Shown: positions 38,848-47,979 of the stretch, piece by piece | Numbering within the stretch: the first letter of the stretch is position 1 | Layout of the letters: the number at the start of each line of letters is the position of its first letter | Assembly (NCBI GenBank): GCA_026397405.1 | Contig: JAPLUW010000001.1 | Location: 43,138-107,137 of the forward strand | DNA length: 64,000 nt | Reading direction: 5' to 3' | Origin: Candidatus Adlerbacteria bacterium | GTDB taxonomy: Bacteria > Patescibacteriota > Minisyncoccia > Phycocordibacterales > SBAW01 | Notes under the pieces: generated by a model | What the model was told of the DNA's origin: nothing | Database searches by the model: none | Seen by the model: only the letters and a program-made list of their open reading frames with translations | Program-made: the position numbers and the translations under genes

Positions 38848-39801
38848 CTACAGAGTGCCGTTTGAAGAGCTTGCGGTGGCAGGAGTTGAAGGCGCGTCCG
38901 GCACGACCGGTGGTGGAGTACCCACAACAACACTACGGGTTGCTTCTGCCGTACTCCCGCCCGTGGCAGTGGTTATATACGTAATGGTATGTACCCCGTA
39001 TGTTTTGGTATCAAGCCGTATCTCTTGTACACGCACACCGTCAAGGAAAATTGTGTACCCGAGCTCGTGCCCAACGCTGTCTGTTGCAACAGCTCCTAAG
39101 TCTATATATGAATCACCGATAGCAAGCCGCGCGGGGTTATTACCAAGGATCTGCACTGTTGGGGATGTTCCCCCACTTTGAGTTTGTGGCAGAGGAGGCG
39201 CGTCTGACGAAGGTGAAGAAGAATTGTCTCCTGAACTGGAAGGGGCTGCGGATACAGTTTCGTCAACCACAGGGACGTAGCCCGGAAGAGTTTCTGTGGT
39301 GTCGTCGAGGAATTTACCTATCAACCCACCGTAGGCCGTTGCAACAATTTTTTGTGATACCTGTGCTTTTTCTATTTGTTGTGTCTCTCGCAGCAGCTCC
39401 ATTTCACGACCAACTCGCTGTACAAGTTCGTGTGTGACATACACACCCAGGTCTTTGCCGTTGAGTGCTTCTTTTTGGACCTTCATCGACTCACCCTTTG
39501 TGATGTCTTGCCAAACGGAGTCTTTAATATCAATAGTATTGAGCGAATAGTTTACGTAGTAAAAGTCATTGTCTTCGCTTACTCCGGTAATAGTGATGCG
39601 CGGTGTGTAGGAGTCGAGGTTTTTACCTACGAGATATGTATTGTCTACCGAAAGGACTTTTGTTTCCGACGACAGCACTCCTGCGGCTACGTCGGAGCGA
39701 ATTGCAGGACTTGCAGCAAATGCTGAACCTGCAGAAAGCACCAGGAGAGAAATAATGACAGGTACCGCGTTATTGTATTTTACAAATTTCCACCACGGCA
39801 T
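38848..39801 (-). CDS. Secreted protein with C-terminal Ig-like (DUF5011-like) domain
   Basis: Signal peptide; PTVQILGNNPA...YIDLGAVATD...HTITY...TRSVVV. Confidence 0.75.
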   Translation of the reverse strand: MPWWKFVKYNNAVPVIISLLVLSAGSAFAASPAIRSDVAAGVLSSETKVLSVDNTYLVGKNLDSYTPRITITGVSEDNDFYYVNYSLNTIDIKDSVWQDITKGESMKVQKEALNGKDLGVYVTHELVQRVGREMELLRETQQIEKAQVSQKIVATAYGGLIGKFLDDTTETLPGYVPVVDETVSAAPSSSGDNSSSPSSDAPPLPQTQSGGTSPTVQILGNNPARLAIGDSYIDLGAVATDSVGHELGYTIFLDGVRVQEIRLDTKTYGVHTITYITTATGGSTAEATRSVVVGTPPPVVPDAPSTPATASSSNGTL

Positions 39802-39805
39802 ATTG

Positions 39806-40327
39806 CTACAGAATACCACGAGTTAGAAGCTTCTTTTTTCTTGCGTATACATATAAACCTGAAGCCCCCATACAAAAACCCGCTACCCCTGATACCACAT
39901 ACCAGAACCACACGTACTTTGTAGTATCTCCAGCAGCAACAGGTATTTGAAACGTTGCCTCGCCTAGCGTATCGTCGGCTGTTTCGTACCGCACCGAAAC
40001 GCTGTACACGCCGGGTGCCGCAAACGTATACACCAACCCCGTTGGCCCCGCGTCCATGTGCGCAATGCCGGCTGCAAACAACGTACCATTGTCTTGGTAG
40101 ATACGTACCCACACATTACGGTAAGGGGCATCGCCCGGTGTTGGCCCGTTTTGATATATTTTAAAATCAAAGTAGGTTGAGTCACCTGCAACCACTGGGT
40201 CCGGGCTATACCCTACGTCTAGTAAGTACTTCCCCACTATCTGCTCTACGCTTTTGCCGGTTGTATGCGCAAAGGCAGCGTACGGTATAAGCAGCAGGCT
40301 AATACTTACAAGTAAAAACTTTTTCAT
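39806..40327 (-). CDS. Secreted Ig-fold protein with predicted N-terminal His and C-terminal TM anchor
   Basis: Signal peptide AFA|HTTG; YTFAAPGVYSVSV; C-terminal TM + RKKK; ATGA overlap with the upstream gene. Confidence 0.75.
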   Translation of the reverse strand: MKKFLLVSISLLLIPYAAFAHTTGKSVEQIVGKYLLDVGYSPDPVVAGDSTYFDFKIYQNGPTPGDAPYRNVWVRIYQDNGTLFAAGIAHMDAGPTGLVYTFAAPGVYSVSVRYETADDTLGEATFQIPVAAGDTTKYVWFWYVVSGVAGFCMGASGLYVYARKKKLLTRGIL

Positions 40328-41547
40328 AGCATATCGGGCGAATTTTCTTCCGAGCATTGCTTCTGCAAGTTTTCCGGCAACGCAGCACATAATTTCCCTC
40401 TGTTTACTGTATCACTTCCGAAGGTAAAGTTTGCGAGATCTGCCAAATATCCAAAACAACTCTCTCGATACAGTTTTCCTGCGCTTGTACAAACAGCAAC
40501 AGCGGCCGGGCCTTGTGTTCTGTCTTCTTCGACAAATGCCTCGGCAAGGATCCCAAAACATTCCTGCCCAAGTGCTCGCGGTAAGGCACTGCAGACTGCC
40601 GCTTGTTTTTGTGGGTCACTAAGTGATGTGCGTGCCCCTATAGTAAGTGCAGTGCGATAGCAATTTGTTTGTGTTGCGGAGTCTTTTACTGTTGTACAAA
40701 ATGCTTGTACACCCGCAGCAGTTTTTAAGTCGTCGCGGAACAGTGGCCATCCTTCACCAAAACATACACTGCGCTCTTCTTCTGTTTTGTACGTACCACA
40801 AAACTGCGCGAGCGTGTCGCGTGTAGGTTTAACCGGAAGCCGCGCGATAAGTTCGTAGTCTTCTGGTTCAAGCGGTTGGAAAATTTGCATAAACACGCCA
40901 GAGATACACGTTTGACTATAGTCTTCGCCATTAGTTTTTACGGCTATTTTTTTACAGTACGAAACTGCTCGGGGCATGTCGGCGCCCGTTACAAACGTGA
41001 GTACGTGCCCCATGCCGTGGTAACACATTGCGCGGTCGAGGCTTGTCGGGCTCCAGTTGGCAGCAGGTTCGCATGCCCGAGCCAGGTCAGGCTCAATTGC
41101 ATCAATTTGTTCGGGAGGTAGCTCCGCCGCATGGAACCTCCCGACGATAACACCGTGGATATACCCGTTGGAACACACGCTGTCCGGTGGGTTTTTATGC
41201 ATCAAGCTCACCCATGCACCCGGGTCCCTGGCAACTTCGTCTTGTCCTATGTTGTGCGCAAGCACGTGGCAAAAACGATACTTGGTATCTTGCGTTTGAA
41301 TTTCACGTATGACCGAAAACACATCTTCAACTGGAACTACATATAAAAGACGAGGCACGGTGCGTTCGTAGCATCCGCCACTGTCTGGTTTCTGTGCACA
41401 ATACCAAACAAAAAATGTGGCTGTCGTCCGAGCTAGTGACTGGGACAACCTAGTGTTTGCAGAAACAACAAGAAACAATGCCAGCATACCTACCAAGACA
41501 GCCGCAGCAACATGTACCCAGACATTATGTTTTTTTTGCATATTCAT
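40324..41547 (-). CDS. Membrane-anchored Cys/His-rich protein, paralog 1
   Basis: CHVLAHNIG, CSNGYIHG, CYHGMGH, CISGVFM. Confidence 0.85.
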   Translation of the reverse strand: MNMQKKHNVWVHVAAAVLVGMLALFLVVSANTRLSQSLARTTATFFVWYCAQKPDSGGCYERTVPRLLYVVPVEDVFSVIREIQTQDTKYRFCHVLAHNIGQDEVARDPGAWVSLMHKNPPDSVCSNGYIHGVIVGRFHAAELPPEQIDAIEPDLARACEPAANWSPTSLDRAMCYHGMGHVLTFVTGADMPRAVSYCKKIAVKTNGEDYSQTCISGVFMQIFQPLEPEDYELIARLPVKPTRDTLAQFCGTYKTEEERSVCFGEGWPLFRDDLKTAAGVQAFCTTVKDSATQTNCYRTALTIGARTSLSDPQKQAAVCSALPRALGQECFGILAEAFVEEDRTQGPAAVAVCTSAGKLYRESCFGYLADLANFTFGSDTVNRGKLCAALPENLQKQCSEENSPDML

Positions 41548-41552
41548 AAAGT

Positions 41553-42620
41553 TTAGTCGCGACCCGGAGAAGGTACTTCTGACCTACCTGAAGCTGCTTT
41601 GCCACACATTGTGTACCACGGCTCAATGAGACCTACGCATACGCCTCGTGCGCGGCTGCGAGCGGACACCTCAGCAAAAAAAGAGTCGGCAGCAGTTACT
41701 ATACAAGAGCTTCGTTCATCAGTGCGTGCAGACGCCAAAGCACATAACGTGATTGTTTCTGCAACGTCATAGTCTGCAGCCATAGCAACGATAGTACCTA
41801 CTCCTTGAAAACATTTTGTATGCACACTCATTGCTGTGCCGCTACACAATGTTCCTATACGAGTAACTATGTCCCTAGAACTCTTTCCTTCACTTTTAAA
41901 ACTCTGATACCACCATTGCGGCTGCCAATAATAGCAAACCTCCGCATCTCCACCCGTGAATATATTGCACGGATACTGTAGCCCGTCTGGCTCAACACTG
42001 CGTGGCGGCATACCGGAAAACGAATGCATGGTGCGCATATTAAATTCCATAAACACTCCTCCTGGGCAGCCCCCAATAGGGTCGCTGTATGCAAGCCGTT
42101 TACATACATCAAGGCTTTCTATCAACGCGTCGTCCGTGTACCCAAGATACGACTCGATACCATGTCCAAGACCGTGAGTACAGGAAAGTGCTTTTCCAGG
42201 ACCAAGTGCTTTAAAGCAAGCCTCGTTGAGTGCCTCAACAATAGTAAGACCTTCCTGTTGTATAGCACGCCCTAAAAATTCGTGGAAACAACCGTACGCA
42301 AACAAATCATCGCAGGCAGAAAGTCCCGTCACTCCTTCTTGTTCATATAAACTTCCTCCAAAAATATGTGCCATGGTGTGTTGGTCCCCAGGTGTCGAGC
42401 TTGCATAGGCGCGCAGAAATTCTGTATACGCAATTTTGCCACCTACTCGCGCTATTTCTCCCCTCCAAAATGTCCCGGCCTCTCTAAAACCTTCATTGGT
42501 ATACAACGCAAATACAGGCACCTTCAAGGGGGTTGCGCGCATATGCGAAACAACAATACTTCCAAGAACCAGTGTTATGCACAGTAGAGCAACACTGTGG
42601 TAGCCCAGTGGGTGTTTCAT
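41553..42620 (-). CDS. Membrane-anchored Cys/His-rich protein, paralog 2
   Basis: QHTMAHIFG, CDDLFAYGCFHE, CTHGLGHG, CPGGVFME. Confidence 0.85.
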   Translation of the reverse strand: MKHPLGYHSVALLCITLVLGSIVVSHMRATPLKVPVFALYTNEGFREAGTFWRGEIARVGGKIAYTEFLRAYASSTPGDQHTMAHIFGGSLYEQEGVTGLSACDDLFAYGCFHEFLGRAIQQEGLTIVEALNEACFKALGPGKALSCTHGLGHGIESYLGYTDDALIESLDVCKRLAYSDPIGGCPGGVFMEFNMRTMHSFSGMPPRSVEPDGLQYPCNIFTGGDAEVCYYWQPQWWYQSFKSEGKSSRDIVTRIGTLCSGTAMSVHTKCFQGVGTIVAMAADYDVAETITLCALASARTDERSSCIVTAADSFFAEVSARSRARGVCVGLIEPWYTMCGKAASGRSEVPSPGRD

Positions 42621-43771
42621 TTTGATGTGTGGGGTGTATACCTGTCAGTAAGGACCTGTACATATGAAGTGCACGAGCGTTCTGCTACAGGGTCTTGCAC
42701 ACCAAGAAGCGCGCAGAAATGTGCGGAAATTTTTGGATCATTTTCTCCACCCCAATAGAGAGAATCTTGTATACTTTCAACACATAGTGTTGTGTCGTGC
42801 GCATTACCAGAACGTGAGCACCACGACGTCATACGTGCAAGTTCCTCATCGGTCAGTGTAGTTATGTCTCGCGCATCGCTCTGCCGTGCCCACCAAATAA
42901 ATTCTTTGCCAAACGACCCTATACACACGTCACGGTCCTGGTCGCCCACTGGAAGTGCGCGACACAGCGAAAAGGCTTTTGGAAATACCGCAGGGTCAGG
43001 ATGATTTTTGTCACCACCCGCAGCCTCAATTAAATGTGGTGTGACGTAGATGTAACAAAAAGCGCGAACTTCTTTTGGCATATACGGTTTGTCGCACGGA
43101 GAGAGCGGGTCGGCAGTGGTCAAATACTGTGGGCGCATCGTACTCCACACTTCGGGGCTATGCCCACCACCGGAAATTAATTCCATAATGGCACCGCCAA
43201 CACATTGGGGATATTCTTCGAACTGTGCGGCCCGAGTGCCCGTCTTTTTACACAGCGCTATCGTTTTTTCTAAATTGTAATTTTCGTATGCAAGCACGCC
43301 GTGGCCGAGACCATGAAAGCACATGGTGTATGCACCACTGCCGCCTGGAGCTTTTTTGCAGGATTCTGAAATATCGTCTAAGGCTTTTTCGCCATAGTCG
43401 AGGAGTAAACCCACCACAACGGTGTGCGAACAGGCATTGCGAAATTCGTCGGTGCAATATTGTATGGCGTCTTTGCCATATTGTTTATACAGCTCATCAC
43501 CGACCGTGTGCCCAAGCAAATGGATATCTGTTTGGGGAGGCAGAGGTGCACGACGTAATATTTCAAACGCATACAGCGCGCCCTTTTTTACTGCAATGTC
43601 TTTAAAGTATGAGTTTAGTTCACTAAAACTATCTTCATGATGCACAATGTCGGTCACTTCCGGGTAGGGCCTTATTGCACGCACATAATAGCCATATCCG
43701 ACAATGACACACAGCAAAAAAAAAGGGATGAGTTTTGGCAGCATGCGCCGTAATGTCATGGAAACACGCAT
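42617..43771 (-). CDS. Membrane-anchored Cys/His-rich protein, paralog 3
   Basis: IHLLGHTVG, CTDEFRNACSH, CFHGLGHG, CVGGAIME. Confidence 0.85.
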   Translation of the reverse strand: MRVSMTLRRMLPKLIPFFLLCVIVGYGYYVRAIRPYPEVTDIVHHEDSFSELNSYFKDIAVKKGALYAFEILRRAPLPPQTDIHLLGHTVGDELYKQYGKDAIQYCTDEFRNACSHTVVVGLLLDYGEKALDDISESCKKAPGGSGAYTMCFHGLGHGVLAYENYNLEKTIALCKKTGTRAAQFEEYPQCVGGAIMELISGGGHSPEVWSTMRPQYLTTADPLSPCDKPYMPKEVRAFCYIYVTPHLIEAAGGDKNHPDPAVFPKAFSLCRALPVGDQDRDVCIGSFGKEFIWWARQSDARDITTLTDEELARMTSWCSRSGNAHDTTLCVESIQDSLYWGGENDPKISAHFCALLGVQDPVAERSCTSYVQVLTDRYTPHTSK

Positions 43772-43778
43772 GCTATTT

Positions 43779-43786
43779 AGTATACT
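43779..43786. promoter_or_regulatory. Palindromic bidirectional -10 box AGTATACT
   Basis: TATACT on both strands, 7-8 nt from divergent ATGs at 43771 and 43795. Confidence 0.65.
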
Positions 43787-43794
43787 TGAGTACA

Positions 43795-45411
43795 ATGCAA
43801 AACCTCAAAATGGCAGGACTATGCGGGATTATGTTGGTCCTGCTTGCCAGCATAGGCAGCCTGGCGCGCCTCCGTGAGATGAAGATGTCAGTGGGAAACC
43901 CTGCCGCATATGCAGAAGCCCACGCACTTGACCCACTGTTTGCATTCCCAGGATTTGAAACAGCGGACCTAAAAACCCAAATAGCAGCATTTAAAATATC
44001 TGCCTCTGTAGCACTTCCTGCCTTTCCCGAAGGTGCCTATGTGCGAGACCATATATACCCATTTCGTTTTTTAGATCTATTACCACAAACAGAAGAGGCT
44101 AGGAGGCAAGTGCTTGCAGAACCAACGCTGGAACATGCTACGTTGTATCACACACTACTTCTCTCACTTATTGCAGCACACAAGCAAGACTTGGAAGACG
44201 CCGTTGCCCTGCTCGCCCACGACATGTCGGGCTCACACTATGAATTGTTTAGCGGCCAAACAACCGCCACTCATATACGAAGTGTACTAACAGAAACACT
44301 CAAGACAGACACGAGGGCAGAAGAAAAAGAAAAGGCTCGGTTCGCATGTCTTAGCGGTACAACCCGAGCGTGCGAGTCGCTGACAAAACTACAGCTGCAA
44401 TTTGGACCGCATGATGGTGGCCAAAATCTGCCCCCCACCGAAAGCGTTCTTAACAGCGTGCTAGAAAACCGTGATGCACTTACAGTTGCCTATCCATCGA
44501 TTGATACTCGACCCCTTATTTCGCTTACACAGTCTTCCTGCTTTACCAACTCACCTGCTTTTTTTGCAGTTGTTGGAGGAGTGTCGCGACTTTCAAACTT
44601 ACCGACGACACAGGCGGTCTATTTGAGTGACTTATATTTTGAAGATGTGCGAACCAGCACACAACCTTTCTACGCAGCTCTTCGGAAAGAGGGCGACTCT
44701 TTTACCTACCAACCATTCCGCGCATACTTGTGCCCCGACGCAGGTATAGATTTTGGAACAACAGTAACTATACAACGTGCATACGATACGCTGAGACAGA
44801 ATCCATTCACACCTACGGCACCCATCTCTCCCCTTTTCGAAACTCTGGTGAGCGCACAAAAAAACTTTACAGAAGCGCCTTTTCTTACAGACACTGCATA
44901 CGATGCATTTATTAGGGCGGCGACAGAAACTGTTCGCGGCACACCTAAGGACATACTTACAGAGAGGCTCGGCGGACAAACAGAAGTTCTGCGGCTTATA
45001 GAACTTGTAACAGAGGCCGAGACAAACAGTGCTGACTTTGCCGGCACCATTGGATATTTTGACGACCTCCAAATTGGCGGCTCTATTATCTACAATTTGC
45101 AGTCGAGCCCTACTATTGTGTACTTTATCTCCCGCGGTGGCCTGTCGCAACTCTATGCGCTCAACAACAAAACTATTTCTCCCACACCAGAACCTCTAAC
45201 TACACAAAGAGCAGCGCCCGCCGACCAGATATCAAAAGGAGAGGGAGTGCCGTATGTTTCGTATATGCAGACACACGACACTGAACCTGCGTTTTCCGAT
45301 ATCCGCACGTTACTTACACGAGACATTCCTGCGCGCGCACGAGTACTTTCCCCATCACTTACACAACTACAACAAAAACGTGCAGAATATGTTCGTGCGC
45401 GTACGCACTAA
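43795..45411 (+). CDS. Membrane-anchored/secreted hypothetical protein
   Basis: 538-aa ORF with N-terminal hydrophobic segment; no recognisable domain. Confidence 0.8.
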   Translation: MQNLKMAGLCGIMLVLLASIGSLARLREMKMSVGNPAAYAEAHALDPLFAFPGFETADLKTQIAAFKISASVALPAFPEGAYVRDHIYPFRFLDLLPQTEEARRQVLAEPTLEHATLYHTLLLSLIAAHKQDLEDAVALLAHDMSGSHYELFSGQTTATHIRSVLTETLKTDTRAEEKEKARFACLSGTTRACESLTKLQLQFGPHDGGQNLPPTESVLNSVLENRDALTVAYPSIDTRPLISLTQSSCFTNSPAFFAVVGGVSRLSNLPTTQAVYLSDLYFEDVRTSTQPFYAALRKEGDSFTYQPFRAYLCPDAGIDFGTTVTIQRAYDTLRQNPFTPTAPISPLFETLVSAQKNFTEAPFLTDTAYDAFIRAATETVRGTPKDILTERLGGQTEVLRLIELVTEAETNSADFAGTIGYFDDLQIGGSIIYNLQSSPTIVYFISRGGLSQLYALNNKTISPTPEPLTTQRAAPADQISKGEGVPYVSYMQTHDTEPAFSDIRTLLTRDIPARARVLSPSLTQLQQKRAEYVRARTH

Positions 45412-46695
45412 CTATCTAGACACTTGAAGTCGTTTGCGTTTGTCTGTTGGTAATGTGCGTAATACTTCTACCGGCTCCGCAGTACATACAAGTGGCGAAA
45501 CGACACCGAGCTCCACAAGGTCGGCATATGTTCGTGTAGAACTTACCTGGATAGCACGCGCAAGCATGTCACTGTGTATATAAGGAGCGTGGTCAGTATA
45601 GAGCACGGTAGAAAGGCCGGGAGGGCTAATGCGTTCATTCCAGACAGCAGTAAAGTCTGCCACTTTGTATGGGAGTTTCAGCACAGCTTCTTCAAGCACA
45701 GCACTGCTCAGCCCCCCGTATGGCAATAGTTTTATCCTGTCCAAACCAACACGGCCGAGTATTTCAAACATGGGTTCTGTACTGCCACACGAACAGAGCC
45801 CGTGCTTGCGCACCACGGCGTAGTCGCCCGTGCGGTAGCGCACAAGAGAAAACGCCATGGGAGTAAGTGCTGTTATCACCACTTCGCCTTCAGCACCCTC
45901 CACCTGAGGAACTACATGGCCAGTTTCTGGGTCGACAAGTTCTAACTGGTACGTTGGGAACACGTGCATATAGTTTGGCGACACCGTGAGGTAACTCGGG
46001 CAGGTGTAGCCCACCGTTCCGTGGGCATCAACAGTCGCATACACAGCAGCAATAGTTGCATGCGGAAATGCTTCAACCAACTCTCTGCGTAAAGGCTCTG
46101 TCACGCGCTCACCCATTAGCACAATACGTTTCATACGCGCAGCAAGCGGCGTTCCTGCGACGTAGTGTCCAACGCCGGCAAGCGGTGAGGGGAACGAATA
46201 CATCGAGTCAACTCCTGCGGCTTCGGCACGTGCAAATGTTTTTTCCTGGTCGCGATAGTCGCCCGACACTGCGACGTGCCCACCCTCCTCTACTACATAT
46301 GTTTCGTGTACAGCATTTGACGGCGAATAAATGAGAATAGAATACGTATCTTCTTTTTTAAAATAGGGTCCAAAAAAACGGCCCGCAAGTGCTTCTTCCC
46401 CGCTAAAACCAAGCGACTTCCGGTAGCGCATTAGCTCTGGCTCTTCCGCCAGAGGAAAGGCAATCACTCCACGACCCGACGACCCAGATGTTGCCCGCAC
46501 AAAATGTATCATTTCTTTCGGGATAAAAATGCGGTCAAAAAAAGGAGTCGCGTCTATTTCCTCGCGTGTGAGCAGGGGGATGCCAGCAAGATCTTTTTCT
46601 ATATATGTTTTATAGTCGCTGCCATATTTGCGACGATAAAAATCCGAATACGGATTTAAAATAGCAAACTGCAGTGCGCGAGAAAGTAGTGTCAT
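45412..46695 (-). CDS. Adenylate-forming enzyme, phenylacetate-CoA ligase (PaaK)/F390-synthetase-like
   Basis: ATSGSSG P-loop, GE, YATVD (variant of YGxxE), GEVVITAL, RYRTGD, CSCG, ILGR. Confidence 0.85.
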   Translation of the reverse strand: MTLLSRALQFAILNPYSDFYRRKYGSDYKTYIEKDLAGIPLLTREEIDATPFFDRIFIPKEMIHFVRATSGSSGRGVIAFPLAEEPELMRYRKSLGFSGEEALAGRFFGPYFKKEDTYSILIYSPSNAVHETYVVEEGGHVAVSGDYRDQEKTFARAEAAGVDSMYSFPSPLAGVGHYVAGTPLAARMKRIVLMGERVTEPLRRELVEAFPHATIAAVYATVDAHGTVGYTCPSYLTVSPNYMHVFPTYQLELVDPETGHVVPQVEGAEGEVVITALTPMAFSLVRYRTGDYAVVRKHGLCSCGSTEPMFEILGRVGLDRIKLLPYGGLSSAVLEEAVLKLPYKVADFTAVWNERISPPGLSTVLYTDHAPYIHSDMLARAIQVSSTRTYADLVELGVVSPLVCTAEPVEVLRTLPTDKRKRLQVSR

Positions 46696-46996
46696 GGTAG
46701 TGGGTCAAACACGACCACGCCCCCAGGCGGCGTGTACGGAGAAATTTCGCCGGACGTAGTGACAATAAGCCAACCTTTAATGTGCGAGAGAATTCCAAGG
46801 CTTTCGAGATGTGCCACAAGCTCATACAGGAGTGTGTCTGTTGTCACAAGTGCTTAACAACAATATTTCGTGCACGGGCCTCCACATATGCAGGGCGATG
46901 TAGTTGCAACACTGGGGGCAACAACAGGCCAAGACCCCTGGGGCGCACAGTATCAAGCAACCCGCCCAATGCTTTCCATTCCTGTTCGCCAGACAT
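46692..46996 (-). other. Two coupled small ORFs (46996-46844, 50 aa; 46847-46692, 51 aa) or one frameshifted ~100-aa gene
   Basis: GTGA stop/start overlap at 46847-46844; second ORF ends with an ATGA overlap into the ligase. Confidence 0.5.
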
Positions 46997-47004
46997 TAGA
47001 TACT

Positions 47005-47193
47005 CTAGTACACCCCGCCGCACCATACGTAGTAGATCTTCTCTGTAGATTTTCCTTGTGTTTGTTTTTCTGTTTCCTTGTCTTGAGAAGGGGTAACGGG
47101 ACAGAAGAGTTCTTGTTTTTCTTTATGTGCAACAATCCCAATTGTCAGAACAGGAAGGAAAAACCCAAGCCCTATAAGAAATTTCTTCATCAT
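47005..47193 (-). CDS. Small membrane-anchored peptide ending YYVWCGGVY
   Basis: MMKKFL + hydrophobic stretch, charged linker, aromatic/Cys C-terminus. Confidence 0.6.
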   Translation of the reverse strand: MMKKFLIGLGFFLPVLTIGIVAHKEKQELFCPVTPSQDKETEKQTQGKSTEKIYYVWCGGVY

Positions 47194-47226
47194 AGTGTAA
47201 TACCTACAGTATAACGCACACAACAC

Positions 47227-47979
47227 TTAGTGGAATAGCCCACCAAAAAATGACGCAACTGATCCAAAGAAATTACTGTTAAAACTTCCAAATGACGTTT
47301 TTTTGTATCCGGCTGGGTAGATATACTCCCCTTTCTTTACTAGTGTTGTATCGGTCTTTTCGACTTCCGGGACTATTGGATTGGCGAGGATGTAGGGGTC
47401 GTGGCGAATGCCGGTGACTTGCCAGGAGACTCGGGCCCCTGGGGTGCCACCCGCGATGCCGAACTGGTTATTTTGCACCTCGCGACTTATATAGAGGTTC
47501 GGCATCGGCTCCCCGAGCGGCCGCACTAAGTAACGATAGTCTTTATTCAACACTTCAAAATACTTTGGGAGGGAGACCGCAGCTTCCCCGTTAGCATCCA
47601 ATGTTGCGATACCATCGTAGATGTTTTTAACGTCCGGCGACTCAACGAACGAGTGGTAGAGAAGTTTGTTAGCGGGGTCGAGGGGGTGGTCTATGACAAA
47701 CGAACCTGATCCTTTGGAAATAGAGCCTGTTACTGCAACAGTTTTCGATGCAGTAGCATTTTTTGTAAAGGTTGTCTGATACGTTGACTGTGAATAGTAC
47801 GTACTTTGTGAGTAATACGTTGACTGCGAATAGTACGTTCCTTGGTAGTACGGCTGCGAATAATATGCCGACTCAGCATAGTAGTCTCCTTGTGAATACG
47901 CATGGGTAGCATGCGGAATAAGCACGCAGGCAAGCAGCGAGAACGCCGAGACCGTATAGGTATATATATTATTTCTCAT
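47227..47979 (-). CDS. Secreted protein: YYSQST repeats + 'IDHPLDP' domain (copy 3)
   Basis: Signal peptide THA|Y; KGSGSFVIDHPLDPANKLLYHSFVESPDVKNIYDG...VSWQVTGIRHD. Confidence 0.85.
   Translation of the reverse strand: MRNNIYTYTVSAFSLLACVLIPHATHAYSQGDYYAESAYYSQPYYQGTYYSQSTYYSQSTYYSQSTYQTTFTKNATASKTVAVTGSISKGSGSFVIDHPLDPANKLLYHSFVESPDVKNIYDGIATLDANGEAAVSLPKYFEVLNKDYRYLVRPLGEPMPNLYISREVQNNQFGIAGGTPGARVSWQVTGIRHDPYILANPIVPEVEKTDTTLVKKGEYIYPAGYKKTSFGSFNSNFFGSVASFFGGLFH

Noticed and set aside
46610-46846. TGA read-through (code 25 or selenocysteine)
   Set aside because: TGA acts as a normal stop elsewhere (8604, 51518, 58724), and read-through would run out of frame into the ligase gene.
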